DNA from: Candidatus Zambryskiibacteriota bacterium
GTDB lineage: Bacteria; Patescibacteriota; Minisyncoccia; Phycocordibacterales; WO2-35-19
Length of the DNA: 64,000 bases
Assembly: GCA_048499675.1 (NCBI GenBank)
Contig: JASNZL010000007.1
Location: forward strand, 2,401 to 66,400
Direction of reading: 5' to 3'
Shown piece after piece: positions 51,157-60,527 of the stretch. Position 1 is the first letter of the stretch. Every line of letters starts with the position of its first letter. Under the pieces are notes generated by a model. That model had not been told where the DNA came from. It did not search any database and was given only the letters and a program-made list of their open reading frames with translations. A program made the position numbers and the translations under genes.

Positions 51157-52245
51157 TCAAGATTTCTTTTGAGCAAGCTCTCTTGCTTCAATTTTATTTT
51201 TTTCAAAATCATCAAGTAATTCCATAAGCATAGTAGCTATAGGGACGGCAATAATTATTCCCACAAAGCCCGCAAGCTTGCCTCCAATAATAAGAGCTAA
51301 AATTGAAATAATCGGGGGGACACCAACTATTTTTCTAACAACCAAAGGATAGATTAGCTGACTTTCAAATTGTTGGATTATCACATAAAGACCAACAACA
51401 AGGAGGGCGCTCGTCATTCCGTTGGTAATCAGGGCAATTGATACAGCTGGTATTGCCGCAAGAATAGGACCAAACAATGGAATAATTTCAAACATTCCAG
51501 CCAGAACTGCAAGAAGAAGAGCGTTTTCTACTTGGAGCAGAGTTAATCCTAGATAAGTAAGCATCGCCACAATTATTGCCAAAACTACCTGCCCCTGCAT
51601 CCATAAACCAATCTTCGCCTGAGATCGTCTCCATAAATCTAATATATAGTTTTCTTTTTTGTCTGGCACCACAATTCTTAAGAATTTTTCTACTCCATTT
51701 GCTTCTACAGACAGATAAAAAGAAAGAACAACAACTAGTAGAAAAGATAAGATACCACCAAAAACCCTGCTTGCCGTTGAGAAGAAACCTTGAGAAAGAT
51801 TAGAAACTGACTGATCTACTTGTTTTACAATTTCGGAAAGTGAAAAATTCTTTGAAAGACCCTCTAGTGCTCCGTTTGATGAAATAATTGGGTTATTTTG
51901 GAGAGGGTTCCAAACCTGTAGTTCACCTAGATAGCTTGGGAGACTCGACAAAAGACTAGCCGACTCACTGAGTAATGGCAAGAAAAGAAAATAAAATGCC
52001 CCAACCATAAGTACCGCCACAACTGAATATATCAAAAGTACTGCAAACACTCTCGGCACCTTTCTTCTAATAAACCACAATGTTGCTGGCTCAATAGCTG
52101 AAGCAATTATAATCGCTAGAATAACAACCAAAAAAATATCTCTCAGATAGAATATCGCAAAAAATGATAACCCTATCAAAATAGCTTTCAAAATTGTCCC
52201 CGAACTTATTTGTATTATTTTTTCTTCAGGAGATTTTATTACCAT
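51157..52245 (-). CDS. AI-2E family transporter (UPF0118 / PerM-like)
   Basis: 8-TM topology and family-typical N-terminus. Confidence 0.75.
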   Translation of the reverse strand: MVIKSPEEKIIQISSGTILKAILIGLSFFAIFYLRDIFLVVILAIIIASAIEPATLWFIRRKVPRVFAVLLIYSVVAVLMVGAFYFLFLPLLSESASLLSSLPSYLGELQVWNPLQNNPIISSNGALEGLSKNFSLSEIVKQVDQSVSNLSQGFFSTASRVFGGILSFLLVVVLSFYLSVEANGVEKFLRIVVPDKKENYILDLWRRSQAKIGLWMQGQVVLAIIVAMLTYLGLTLLQVENALLLAVLAGMFEIIPLFGPILAAIPAVSIALITNGMTSALLVVGLYVIIQQFESQLIYPLVVRKIVGVPPIISILALIIGGKLAGFVGIIIAVPIATMLMELLDDFEKNKIEARELAQKKS

Positions 52246-52247
52246 AA

Positions 52248-53576
52248 TTAAACATTATAACTTATTTTTTCTGAAAAGTAAGTTATAAGTTCATTTTGAT
52301 TTATCCTAACCTGTTCTCCACTGTCTCTATCTCTTACAGTCACTCCCAAATCTTTTTCTATTGTGTCAAAATCAATAGTAACGCAAAATGGAGTTCCGAT
52401 TTCGTCTTGTCTTCTGTATCTTTTGCCTATGTTTCCGTTGTCATCGAATTCGACAGAAACAAATTCTTTTTTTAGTAGTTTATAAATCTCTCTCGCCTTT
52501 TCTACTAATTCCGGTTTATTTTTTAGAAGCGGGAAAACCGCAATCTTAACAGGTGCTATTTTTGGTGGGAATTTTAAATAAATTCTTTTTTCTCCACCCA
52601 TCTCGTCTTCCCTATATGAAGAAACGAGTACTGCAAGCAAAGTTCTACCATGACCCATTGATGGCTCAATCACATGGGGAATAAATTTTTCTTTCGTAAG
52701 ATCATCTGTATAAGAAAGATCCACTCCTGAACCTTCAGAATGTTTTTTTAGATCATGGTCGGTTCTATAAGCCAAACCGTAGAGCTCCTTCCTACCAAAA
52801 GGCCAGTCAAACTCAAAATCAATTGTTCTTTTTGAATAGTGAGCTCTGTCCTCAGGGGAAACTTCTAGTTCGTGAGTCATATCTTTGTCTATACCAACCC
52901 TTTCTATCCACCTCCACATCTCTTTTCTCCAAAATTCATAATATTTTTCCCATTCAGATTCTCTCACAAAAAATTCAAATTCCATTAAATCAAATTCTCT
53001 AACTCTAAAAAGAAAATCTCTAGGAGCAATCTCGTTTCTGTATGCTTTGCCTATTTGAGCTAATCCAAAAGGAATTTTCGGTCTTATGGTATCCAAAACA
53101 TTTTTAAAATTTACAAACATCCCTGGAGCAATCTCTCCCCTTAGATACGCTATACTGTCAGAAGAGCTCCCCATATTCAAAGGGAACATAAGGTTAAAAG
53201 CTTTTTCGTCACCAAGTCCCCCTCCACAGAGAGGACACTTTTTTGAGTCTAAATATTTTTTATCCAAATGATCTGCTCTAAATCTGTGATGGCATTTATG
53301 ACACTCAATCATTGGATCTGTAAAACCAGAAAGGTGGCCACTTGCTCTCCAAACCGCTTCTGGCATTATTGTTGGGGTAGATATACCAAAAATGTTTTCT
53401 TGCTCTTTGACAAAATGACGCCACCACAAATCTTTTATGTTATGAGAAAGTTCTGCGCCATATGGTCCATAATCCCAAGTTCCAGCCATCCCACCATATA
53501 TGTCAGAACCTTGAAATACAAATCCTCTCCTCTTACACAGAGATACAATTTTTTCCATTTTGTTTTCTTCTTTCAT
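52248..53576 (-). CDS. glyQS: Glycyl-tRNA synthetase (alpha2 dimeric, class II)
   Basis: …FQGSDIYGGMAGTWDYGPYG… and the class II motifs. Confidence 0.9.
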   Translation of the reverse strand: MKEENKMEKIVSLCKRRGFVFQGSDIYGGMAGTWDYGPYGAELSHNIKDLWWRHFVKEQENIFGISTPTIMPEAVWRASGHLSGFTDPMIECHKCHHRFRADHLDKKYLDSKKCPLCGGGLGDEKAFNLMFPLNMGSSSDSIAYLRGEIAPGMFVNFKNVLDTIRPKIPFGLAQIGKAYRNEIAPRDFLFRVREFDLMEFEFFVRESEWEKYYEFWRKEMWRWIERVGIDKDMTHELEVSPEDRAHYSKRTIDFEFDWPFGRKELYGLAYRTDHDLKKHSEGSGVDLSYTDDLTKEKFIPHVIEPSMGHGRTLLAVLVSSYREDEMGGEKRIYLKFPPKIAPVKIAVFPLLKNKPELVEKAREIYKLLKKEFVSVEFDDNGNIGKRYRRQDEIGTPFCVTIDFDTIEKDLGVTVRDRDSGEQVRINQNELITYFSEKISYNV

Positions 53577-53625
53577 AGTTCTTTATTTGTAGCATTTAAA
53601 AGAGGTTGTTTCAAATATAGAAACT

Positions 53626-55575
53626 CTACCTGACCACAATATCATTTCCTTGTTTATAGGTTGGATCTGAAGAAAAATTAGTTGTAACACTAGGCACTTT
53701 ATAATCTATTCTTCCGTTAGTTACCCTATCAACACCAGAAATTCTAGCTTCTCCCAAAATTGTTGGCGATTGTCCGACTTGGCTCAAACTAGGTAATAGT
53801 TCTACTTGGAAATAAACTTCCTTTTTTGATGAAGTAAAACCGGTATTAGGAAGAACCGAGCCCGCCCTCCAAACAATTTCGTTTGTTGGTTGATTATAAG
53901 AAACAGACTCAGAATTTGGACTATACAAATTTGTCCAAGTAACATATGGAGGAAGCGTAGCTCTAACTTCTACGTTGCCTGCCTGATTAAAAGAATTTTC
54001 TAAGCTCCAAACGATAGTATATGTTGTTTTTGCCTCAGCTTTGGGCGGTATTGGACCCGTATTTTCTATATTTCCAATCGATCTAACAACCCTTGAAGTT
54101 AAGTTCAAATCGGTTGATAAAACTACTTTGCGTATATCTGTTGATACTATTCTTTCAACTGATCCTGTATCAGAAACCCTTTCCCCTCTCACTGTAACCA
54201 ACATTTCTATTTCTGGATTTTGTCCCCGCGGAATATCTGAGTAAGCTAAAGACCCTAATCTAAAATTGAGAATTTCTGATGACCCCGGACCAAAATCTGA
54301 AAAACTAGAAATGGCACGCTTGTCCCAAGTGATGGTGTTGTTTGAAGATTGATAAAATCCTCCACCGCTTGGTTGTACAACATTTCTATTTAATGCTGGA
54401 CCTTTTAACTCCACCTCCACCGAAACATCAAAAATTCTTTCGGGTAGATTGTTTACAACTCTAACATCGACAGGAAACTGAGCACCTCCCCTAACAGAAG
54501 AATCTTCAGCTCTGCCAGAAACGAGCACACTAAGTCCAATGAAAGGTCTTTTTATTAAAATAGATTCGATTGATTCTCCAAGAGAAACATTTATCATTCT
54601 TTCATCGTCTGGGTTTGCTGTTCCGGTATTTATCCTAAAAACTCTCTCTTCGTTATCTTGACCAACAATCGTCCCCCTGATTGATATGTTTTTCTTGTCT
54701 CCTGAATTAAAGTTAGAAAACTTCCAAATACCATCCCCAAAAGTTGGCGCTGGGGTAGCCCCAATAAAGTTAAAACCAAAAGGATATTCTACACTAACCA
54801 AAAAATCATTGATTCTATCTGAAGAATTAGATGCGACCTCAATATTAAAAACTACTTCTTGATTTGAATTAACCTCCTTGGGGTATGTTGGTGTAATAAT
54901 TACAGGAGCAGAACTTATTGTTACAGTATAATTTTTTTCTTTATAGAATAGAGCGCTTGAATTTTCCACCCTATACTCAAGAGATATTTTTATTTCTTTT
55001 TCGGTATCTTTTTCTCCAAAAAATACAGGCTTAATAACTTGAGTATAATTTTGACCGGGGCTTATTGACTCAAGAGAGAATCTTTCTCGATTTAAGTCTT
55101 GCGACAAATCGTTTAAAGATTTTGTTCCAGAAGGATATTCAACCAAAAGAGATGCCGAGTCTAGTCTTATATTGTTATTGTTTATTATTTGAATATCAAA
55201 GCTTGTTTCTTGACCCCCAGCTACAGAAATTGGACCGACAATTTTTATATCAACATTTTTTGATGACACAAAATTCATTCCCCCCATAAATACAAAAACG
55301 GCTATTCCAGCAGCAATGATAAAAAATACCACTGATAATATAAATATTTTATTTAGTATGTTGTGTTTTTTTTGAGCCACTTTTGACATTCTAGAAGCTA
55401 ATTCATCGAAGCTGTTGTTTGGGGTTTCCTCTTTCCAGTTACTTTCAACTTCAATAGGACTATCATCGTCTTTAAAATTAGACCTGCCATCATCTATTAT
55501 ATCTGGAGAATTCCTTGAATAAAGACGTTTTTCTACTCGATTGAGTTTTTCTCTTTTTTCGCCATCATATTGCAT
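53626..55575 (-). CDS. Hypothetical single-pass membrane protein with a large extracellular beta-rich domain
   Basis: Charged cytoplasmic N-terminus, one TM helix, then a ~550-aa S/T/N-rich region. Confidence 0.4.
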   Translation of the reverse strand: MQYDGEKREKLNRVEKRLYSRNSPDIIDDGRSNFKDDDSPIEVESNWKEETPNNSFDELASRMSKVAQKKHNILNKIFILSVVFFIIAAGIAVFVFMGGMNFVSSKNVDIKIVGPISVAGGQETSFDIQIINNNNIRLDSASLLVEYPSGTKSLNDLSQDLNRERFSLESISPGQNYTQVIKPVFFGEKDTEKEIKISLEYRVENSSALFYKEKNYTVTISSAPVIITPTYPKEVNSNQEVVFNIEVASNSSDRINDFLVSVEYPFGFNFIGATPAPTFGDGIWKFSNFNSGDKKNISIRGTIVGQDNEERVFRINTGTANPDDERMINVSLGESIESILIKRPFIGLSVLVSGRAEDSSVRGGAQFPVDVRVVNNLPERIFDVSVEVELKGPALNRNVVQPSGGGFYQSSNNTITWDKRAISSFSDFGPGSSEILNFRLGSLAYSDIPRGQNPEIEMLVTVRGERVSDTGSVERIVSTDIRKVVLSTDLNLTSRVVRSIGNIENTGPIPPKAEAKTTYTIVWSLENSFNQAGNVEVRATLPPYVTWTNLYSPNSESVSYNQPTNEIVWRAGSVLPNTGFTSSKKEVYFQVELLPSLSQVGQSPTILGEARISGVDRVTNGRIDYKVPSVTTNFSSDPTYKQGNDIVVR

Positions 55576-55587
55576 AATCTAATGATA

Positions 55588-56205
55588 TCATATTAAATTG
55601 CTCTCCTTCAATGATTCATTAATAAGTCTAATTATCTTTTGTCTGTTTGGGGCAATCAGCAAAAGGTCCTCGTCTTCTATAATAGAAGAATTTATAGGTA
55701 TTAAAATGTCTGGATCGCTTCTCATATAACCAAAAATTTTTAATATTTTTAAGAGAACAAGACATTCCAAAAGTTGAATTGACTCTTTTTTTGCATTCTC
55801 AAGGTATAGCAAAAAATTATAAACAACATCAAAGAGCAAAATGTTTAATTCCTCTTCTCCTGATAACTTTTTGATAAGGTTTAAAATATTTATAGAAACA
55901 TTTAATTTATCCCTGTCGTTTTTAAAAATTTCAAATATATTTTTTTCTGAGGAAACACTAACAAGCTTCCATTCATTTCTACCTTTTACAATAGAAAAAT
56001 TTCCAAAAGAGAAGTCTTGGACTCCATATCTCATTTTTGAGTTTATTTTTCTTGCACTTTGAACTTTTGCTCTGATCAGACCAAATCTTTCGGTCAGGAT
56101 ATAAATTTTTAGACTTGAATCCCCTTCCGGATAACTCTTGAGAACTATTCCTTTTGTGTGATGCTTGTGGTACATGAAATTAGTTGGAAAGTTGAAAAGG
56201 TGCAA
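55588..56205 (-). CDS. recO: DNA repair protein RecO
   Basis: N-terminal OB-fold pattern (…TKGIVLKSYPEGDSSLKIYILTERFGLIRAKVQSARK…). Confidence 0.55.
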   Translation of the reverse strand: MHLFNFPTNFMYHKHHTKGIVLKSYPEGDSSLKIYILTERFGLIRAKVQSARKINSKMRYGVQDFSFGNFSIVKGRNEWKLVSVSSEKNIFEIFKNDRDKLNVSINILNLIKKLSGEEELNILLFDVVYNFLLYLENAKKESIQLLECLVLLKILKIFGYMRSDPDILIPINSSIIEDEDLLLIAPNRQKIIRLINESLKESNLI

Positions 56206-56416
56206 GTTTAAAAGTTAGAAAGGCATAGTTGTAATTATTCTAATTTCTAATTAACCTAATTTCTAATAAAATACCAAGGAACAAATCCCAGAATCCAAAT
56301 AAATTACAAAGCACAAATTTCAAATTTTACTAAGTTTTGGGCATTTGTATTTTGAATTTATTAATTGTTTCGGATTTTGGATTTAGTATTTATTTTAAAT
56401 TCGTGTGATTAGCGGG

Positions 56417-59400
56417 TTATTTTATTTTAATTTTGAATTTATAATTTCCAATTTTTATTTCTTCTCCATCCACGGCACCCAAACTAAATTCGATAATATT
56501 TGTGGGTTTTGAAATAGTAGAAAAATTTGATTCAAAAAACTTTTTTCCTTCTTCACTTGTTTCAATAATAAGTTCTATTTTGTCATTTGGTACTAAACCT
56601 TTTTCTTTTCTTAATTCCTGAATACTTCTTATAAACTCTCTCGCATTCCCCTCTTCTTCCAATTCCTTTGTTATTTCCGTATCCAACCAAACTTCTTCCT
56701 CCATGTTTCCATCAAAAGCCACTTCCTTAACATTTACCTCCTCTTTAATTAGGTTTGTGTGTTCTTCCTTATTTTTTAATTTTGAATTTTTAATTTTTAA
56801 TTTATTTAACGGTTGTCTCACTTTTATTCCTGCGCTATTTCTTTTTTCCATCGCTAGCGAGACTATTTTTCTCACTTCTTCCATTTTTTGATTTAATTCT
56901 TCATCCGCTACAACATTCTCAAGCGTAGACCACTCTTCCAAATGAACACTTTCTTTTTTGTCTCCAAAATTCAAATCTTTATAAATTGTTTCTGCAAGAA
57001 AAGGCATAAACGGCGCAAGAATTTTTGAAAGTTCTATCAAAACAAAAAGTGTGGTTTCTCTTGCTTTCTTTTGATCTTCAAAATCTTCTGATTTAAACCT
57101 ATCTCTTGATCTTCTCAAATACCAAGTTGAAAGGTCTTCCACAAACCCTCTTATTGGCCGACCCGCTTTGACGGTATCGTATTTTTCTAAATTGAGAGTC
57201 ACTTCAGTGTGCAATTCTTTTAGTCTTGAAAGGATCCATCTGTCCAAAACATTATCCGAGTTTGTATTTGGTTTTATGTTGCTCTCGTATGTTTTATAAA
57301 AAGCTACAACGTTTAGTAAAATATTTATAAGTCTTTGGTAGACTTCCTTTACATCGTCATCCCTAAAATTTAAATCTTCTGCCTGCATAACAACGGATGT
57401 CATAAGGTAGTATCGCAAGGCGTCAGCTCCATATCTATCAATTATCACAAGAGGGTCTGTATAATTGCCTTTGGACTTGCTCATTTTCTCACCATCGCTT
57501 GCAAGAATTGTTCCTGTCGTCACGACATTTTTGAATGGTTCATGGCCAAAAATTCCAACCGCAAGCGCATGCATATAATAAAACCACGTCCTTGTCTGGG
57601 CAATATACTCAGCAACAAAATCTCCGGGGCTTCTTTTTTCAAACTCCTCTTTATTTTGAAATGGATAATTGTATTCAGCAAAAGGCATTGAGCCAGACTC
57701 TACCCAACAGTCAATAACTTCGGGAATTCTTGTGAGTTTGCTTCCATCCTCATCTACAAGCTCTATTTCATCAATGTACGGTCTATGTAAATCAATCTCG
57801 TAGTTTTTGTTATGTGGAAGCGGGACAAAGTTTAGTTCTCCAAATTCTGCTGTTTTAAATCTGTATTGTTTTTTTTCTTTTATTTCTTTTCTTTGTTCTT
57901 TGTCTAAAACGTAAGCAGAACCAAAGAGAGCATTTATTGTGCCCTGATGACTAACTATTAAAATATTTTTACCTTTATATTTATTCTCTAAATCGTATAT
58001 AAAATCTCCGACTCGTATATGGAGACTATCGAGAGACTCTACACCTTCTATATTTTTTTCATACTTTTCTCTTTCTGTTTTGAAGTTGCTATCAAACTCT
58101 TTCCAAGTTTTGCCTTCATAATTTTTACCAATTTGGTATTCAGTTATTCTCTCATCTACCAAAATATTTTCTTGATTCAGACCAAAATGCTTAGCTATAA
58201 TTTCTCCAGTTTCTACACATCTTGTTAAAGGCGAAGTAATGATTAAATCTATTTTTTTGTTTTTTATATCAGATGCAACTACCGAAACTTCTCTTTGGCC
58301 CTCCTCCGTTAAATGAAAAACATTATTGGGATCTGCGTTTACGAAGTCTTTTAGATTAGCTTCTGACTCTCCATGTCGCATTACAAAATATTTGTTTCCA
58401 GATTTCTTGACATATTTTTTTAATTCTTCTACTCCGCTTATAACTTTTACTTCTCCTTTATCATTCTTCCATATAGGTAAAGGTGAGGCCCAAAATCTAT
58501 TTCGGCTAATTGTCCAATCTGGCGCTTTTTCTACTATATCTCTAAATCTTCCATTTTTTAAGTGAGCCGGAACCCAGTTTATATTTTCGTTTTTGGAAAG
58601 CATTTCGCTTTTTATTTTTTGAATATCTATAAACCAACTCGAGAGCGCGTTGTAAATAAGTGGAGTGGAACATCTGTAACAATGTGGGTAAGAGTGAGTG
58701 TTTGGTTTTTTATCAAACAAAAGACTTCTTTTCTCCAAATCTTCTATGACCATTTTTTCTGCTTTTTTGATGTAGACACCTTTTACGAATTCCGGAGCAT
58801 TGTCGTTGTAGTGACCATTTGAAAGAAGGAGCGGGACCATTGGCAAATCTGCTTTGAGACCTAACTGGTAGTCGTCTTCTCCATAAATTACAGCGGTGTG
58901 CACAATGCCTGTCCCCTCTTCCGTATTTACAAAATCAGCTGACAAAACATACCACGCTTTTTTGCCTGTATTTTTTACTGCATCCAAATGATAAAGTGGC
59001 TCGTATTCTAAACCAGCCAAATCTTTGCCTTTTATTTCTTTTTTTATTTCATATTCTTGCCCACCGAAAATACTTTCTACTCTATCTTTTGCCAATATGT
59101 AATTTTCTTTAGTGCTTAGTGCTTCGCTTTTTTTAACTTCGACTATTACATAATCAATATCGTCCCCCACCGCCAAAGCAACATTCGCTGGAAGTGTCCA
59201 TGGGGTTGTCGTCCAAGCCAACAGATAGCTATTTTTAAATTTTTCATTTTTAATTTTAAATTTTATAGTGACCGCTTCTTCTGTGACATCCTTGTATGAA
59301 TTATCCATAGCAATCTCTGCTTTTGAGAGAGGAGTCTCACATCTTGGACAATAGAGCAAAACTTTCCTGCCCTCGTAGAGCATTCCTTTTTTTTGGATAT

Positions 59401-59881
59401 GGGAAATCGCCCACCAAACACTCTCGGTATAGCTTGTATCCATCGTCTTGTAGGAATTATCAAAATCTACAAAACGAGCAAGTCTATCTATATATTTTTT
59501 CCAATCGTTAACATAGGTCAAAACTTGAGACCTACATTCTTCGTTGAACTTTGCAATCCCCATCTCCTCTATATCTTTTTTGTGTTTGAGTCCGAGTTTT
59601 TTCTCTACTATGTTTTCTACTGGAAGTCCGTGACAATCCCAACCCCACCTTCTGCGAACATTGTAGCCCTGCATAGTTTTGAAACGCGGGAAAAGATCTT
59701 TGGCGGTTGAACCGAGTAAATGTCCGTAGTGAGGTAATCCTGTTGCAAAAGGGGGTCCATCATAAAAAACAAACTCCCCTTTAGGTGAAGGTTTCTCTAA
59801 TGTTTTTTCAAAAATTTTATTTTCCTGCCAAAATTTTAAAATTTCTTCTTCTTGCTGTGCAATTTTACTTTTTTCTGTCAT
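56417..59881 (-). CDS. ileS: Isoleucyl-tRNA synthetase carrying an inserted histidine-phosphatase (PGAM-like) domain
   Basis: HYGH and KMSKS class I motifs, CP1 editing domain and anticodon-binding domain. Residues ~497-690 form a complete RHGE…SHQG histidine-phosphatase domain (FVMRHGESEANL … LIVSHQGTINAL). It is inserted between …WTISRNRFWASPLPIW and …DCWVESGS. Confidence 0.85.
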   Translation of the reverse strand: MTEKSKIAQQEEEILKFWQENKIFEKTLEKPSPKGEFVFYDGPPFATGLPHYGHLLGSTAKDLFPRFKTMQGYNVRRRWGWDCHGLPVENIVEKKLGLKHKKDIEEMGIAKFNEECRSQVLTYVNDWKKYIDRLARFVDFDNSYKTMDTSYTESVWWAISHIQKKGMLYEGRKVLLYCPRCETPLSKAEIAMDNSYKDVTEEAVTIKFKIKNEKFKNSYLLAWTTTPWTLPANVALAVGDDIDYVIVEVKKSEALSTKENYILAKDRVESIFGGQEYEIKKEIKGKDLAGLEYEPLYHLDAVKNTGKKAWYVLSADFVNTEEGTGIVHTAVIYGEDDYQLGLKADLPMVPLLLSNGHYNDNAPEFVKGVYIKKAEKMVIEDLEKRSLLFDKKPNTHSYPHCYRCSTPLIYNALSSWFIDIQKIKSEMLSKNENINWVPAHLKNGRFRDIVEKAPDWTISRNRFWASPLPIWKNDKGEVKVISGVEELKKYVKKSGNKYFVMRHGESEANLKDFVNADPNNVFHLTEEGQREVSVVASDIKNKKIDLIITSPLTRCVETGEIIAKHFGLNQENILVDERITEYQIGKNYEGKTWKEFDSNFKTEREKYEKNIEGVESLDSLHIRVGDFIYDLENKYKGKNILIVSHQGTINALFGSAYVLDKEQRKEIKEKKQYRFKTAEFGELNFVPLPHNKNYEIDLHRPYIDEIELVDEDGSKLTRIPEVIDCWVESGSMPFAEYNYPFQNKEEFEKRSPGDFVAEYIAQTRTWFYYMHALAVGIFGHEPFKNVVTTGTILASDGEKMSKSKGNYTDPLVIIDRYGADALRYYLMTSVVMQAEDLNFRDDDVKEVYQRLINILLNVVAFYKTYESNIKPNTNSDNVLDRWILSRLKELHTEVTLNLEKYDTVKAGRPIRGFVEDLSTWYLRRSRDRFKSEDFEDQKKARETTLFVLIELSKILAPFMPFLAETIYKDLNFGDKKESVHLEEWSTLENVVADEELNQKMEEVRKIVSLAMEKRNSAGIKVRQPLNKLKIKNSKLKNKEEHTNLIKEEVNVKEVAFDGNMEEEVWLDTEITKELEEEGNAREFIRSIQELRKEKGLVPNDKIELIIETSEEGKKFFESNFSTISKPTNIIEFSLGAVDGEEIKIGNYKFKIKIK

Positions 59882-59955
59882 TCCTCAATAGTAGCCGATT
59901 TCTCTCACTTTTTCAAAAGATTTTGTATTTTGTTTTCTATCTCTTGTGCTTAATC
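59879..59955. repeat. Direct repeat copy 1 (~75 bp, includes GAGGAA-ATG of ileS)
   Basis: cattcctcaatagtagccgatttctctcactttttcaaaagattttgtattttgttttctatctcttgt, repeated at 60451-60527 with one mismatch. Confidence 0.85.
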
Positions 59956-60060
59956 AAAAAATATTTCACCACAAATGGTTGACTTTCAACTTAGTTTGTG
60001 TATACTAATCATACAAAGTGCCGAAAGGCTCCGAGAAGCCCCGCGAGAGCGGGGTTTCGA

Positions 60061-60453
60061 CTATCTGATAAAATTTCTCAATTTTTCTCTCATTTTTACA
60101 AAAATATCTGGAGCGATTTCATATAATTTTCTTTTCAATCTTTTTACACTCACAAGCTTCATTTGAGCCAAAATAACAGAAACTTTTTGATTATTTGGGT
60201 CTGTAAAATTGAAGTAAAAATCAAATTTCTTTTGTTTAGTAGAAAGTGGAACACACCAAAACATATGATTGTTAAATTTCTTAATAACAAGGACTGGTCT
60301 TGAAAAATTATCACCGCTTCCATTTTGCTCATACCCAATATTTTTACCAATTGAAGACATCCAAACTTCCGCTTCTTTCGGAAAATAATTAGGAGAACCA
60401 TTTTCAAACTGTATTTTCTTTTTAAGTTCGTTCCATGAGTCGTATTCGTTCAT
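60061..60453 (-). CDS. PemK/MazF-family toxin (mRNA interferase-like); no adjacent antitoxin
   Basis: …EAEVWMSSIGKNIGYEQNGSGDNFSRPVLVIKKF…CVPLSTKQ… matches the PemK/Kid pattern GEIW…G.EQ.G.RPVLIV…VPVTS. Bracketed by the ~75-bp direct repeats. Confidence 0.6.
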   Translation of the reverse strand: MNEYDSWNELKKKIQFENGSPNYFPKEAEVWMSSIGKNIGYEQNGSGDNFSRPVLVIKKFNNHMFWCVPLSTKQKKFDFYFNFTDPNNQKVSVILAQMKLVSVKRLKRKLYEIAPDIFVKMREKLRNFIR

Positions 60454-60527
60454 TCCTCAATATTAGCCGATTTCTCTCACTTTTTCAAAAGATTTTGTAT
60501 TTTGTTTTCTATCTCTTGTTTAATCGC
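60451..60527. repeat. Direct repeat copy 2 (overlaps the last 17 codons of the RT gene and supplies GAGGAA-ATG of the MazF-like gene)
   Basis: See copy 1. Confidence 0.85.

Noticed and set aside
59882-60060. T-box riboswitch upstream of ileS
   Set aside because: No T-box consensus (AATTAGGGTGGNACCGCG) or specifier/antiterminator arrangement is visible. The region instead consists of the direct-repeat copy and a GC hairpin that terminates the MazF-like gene.
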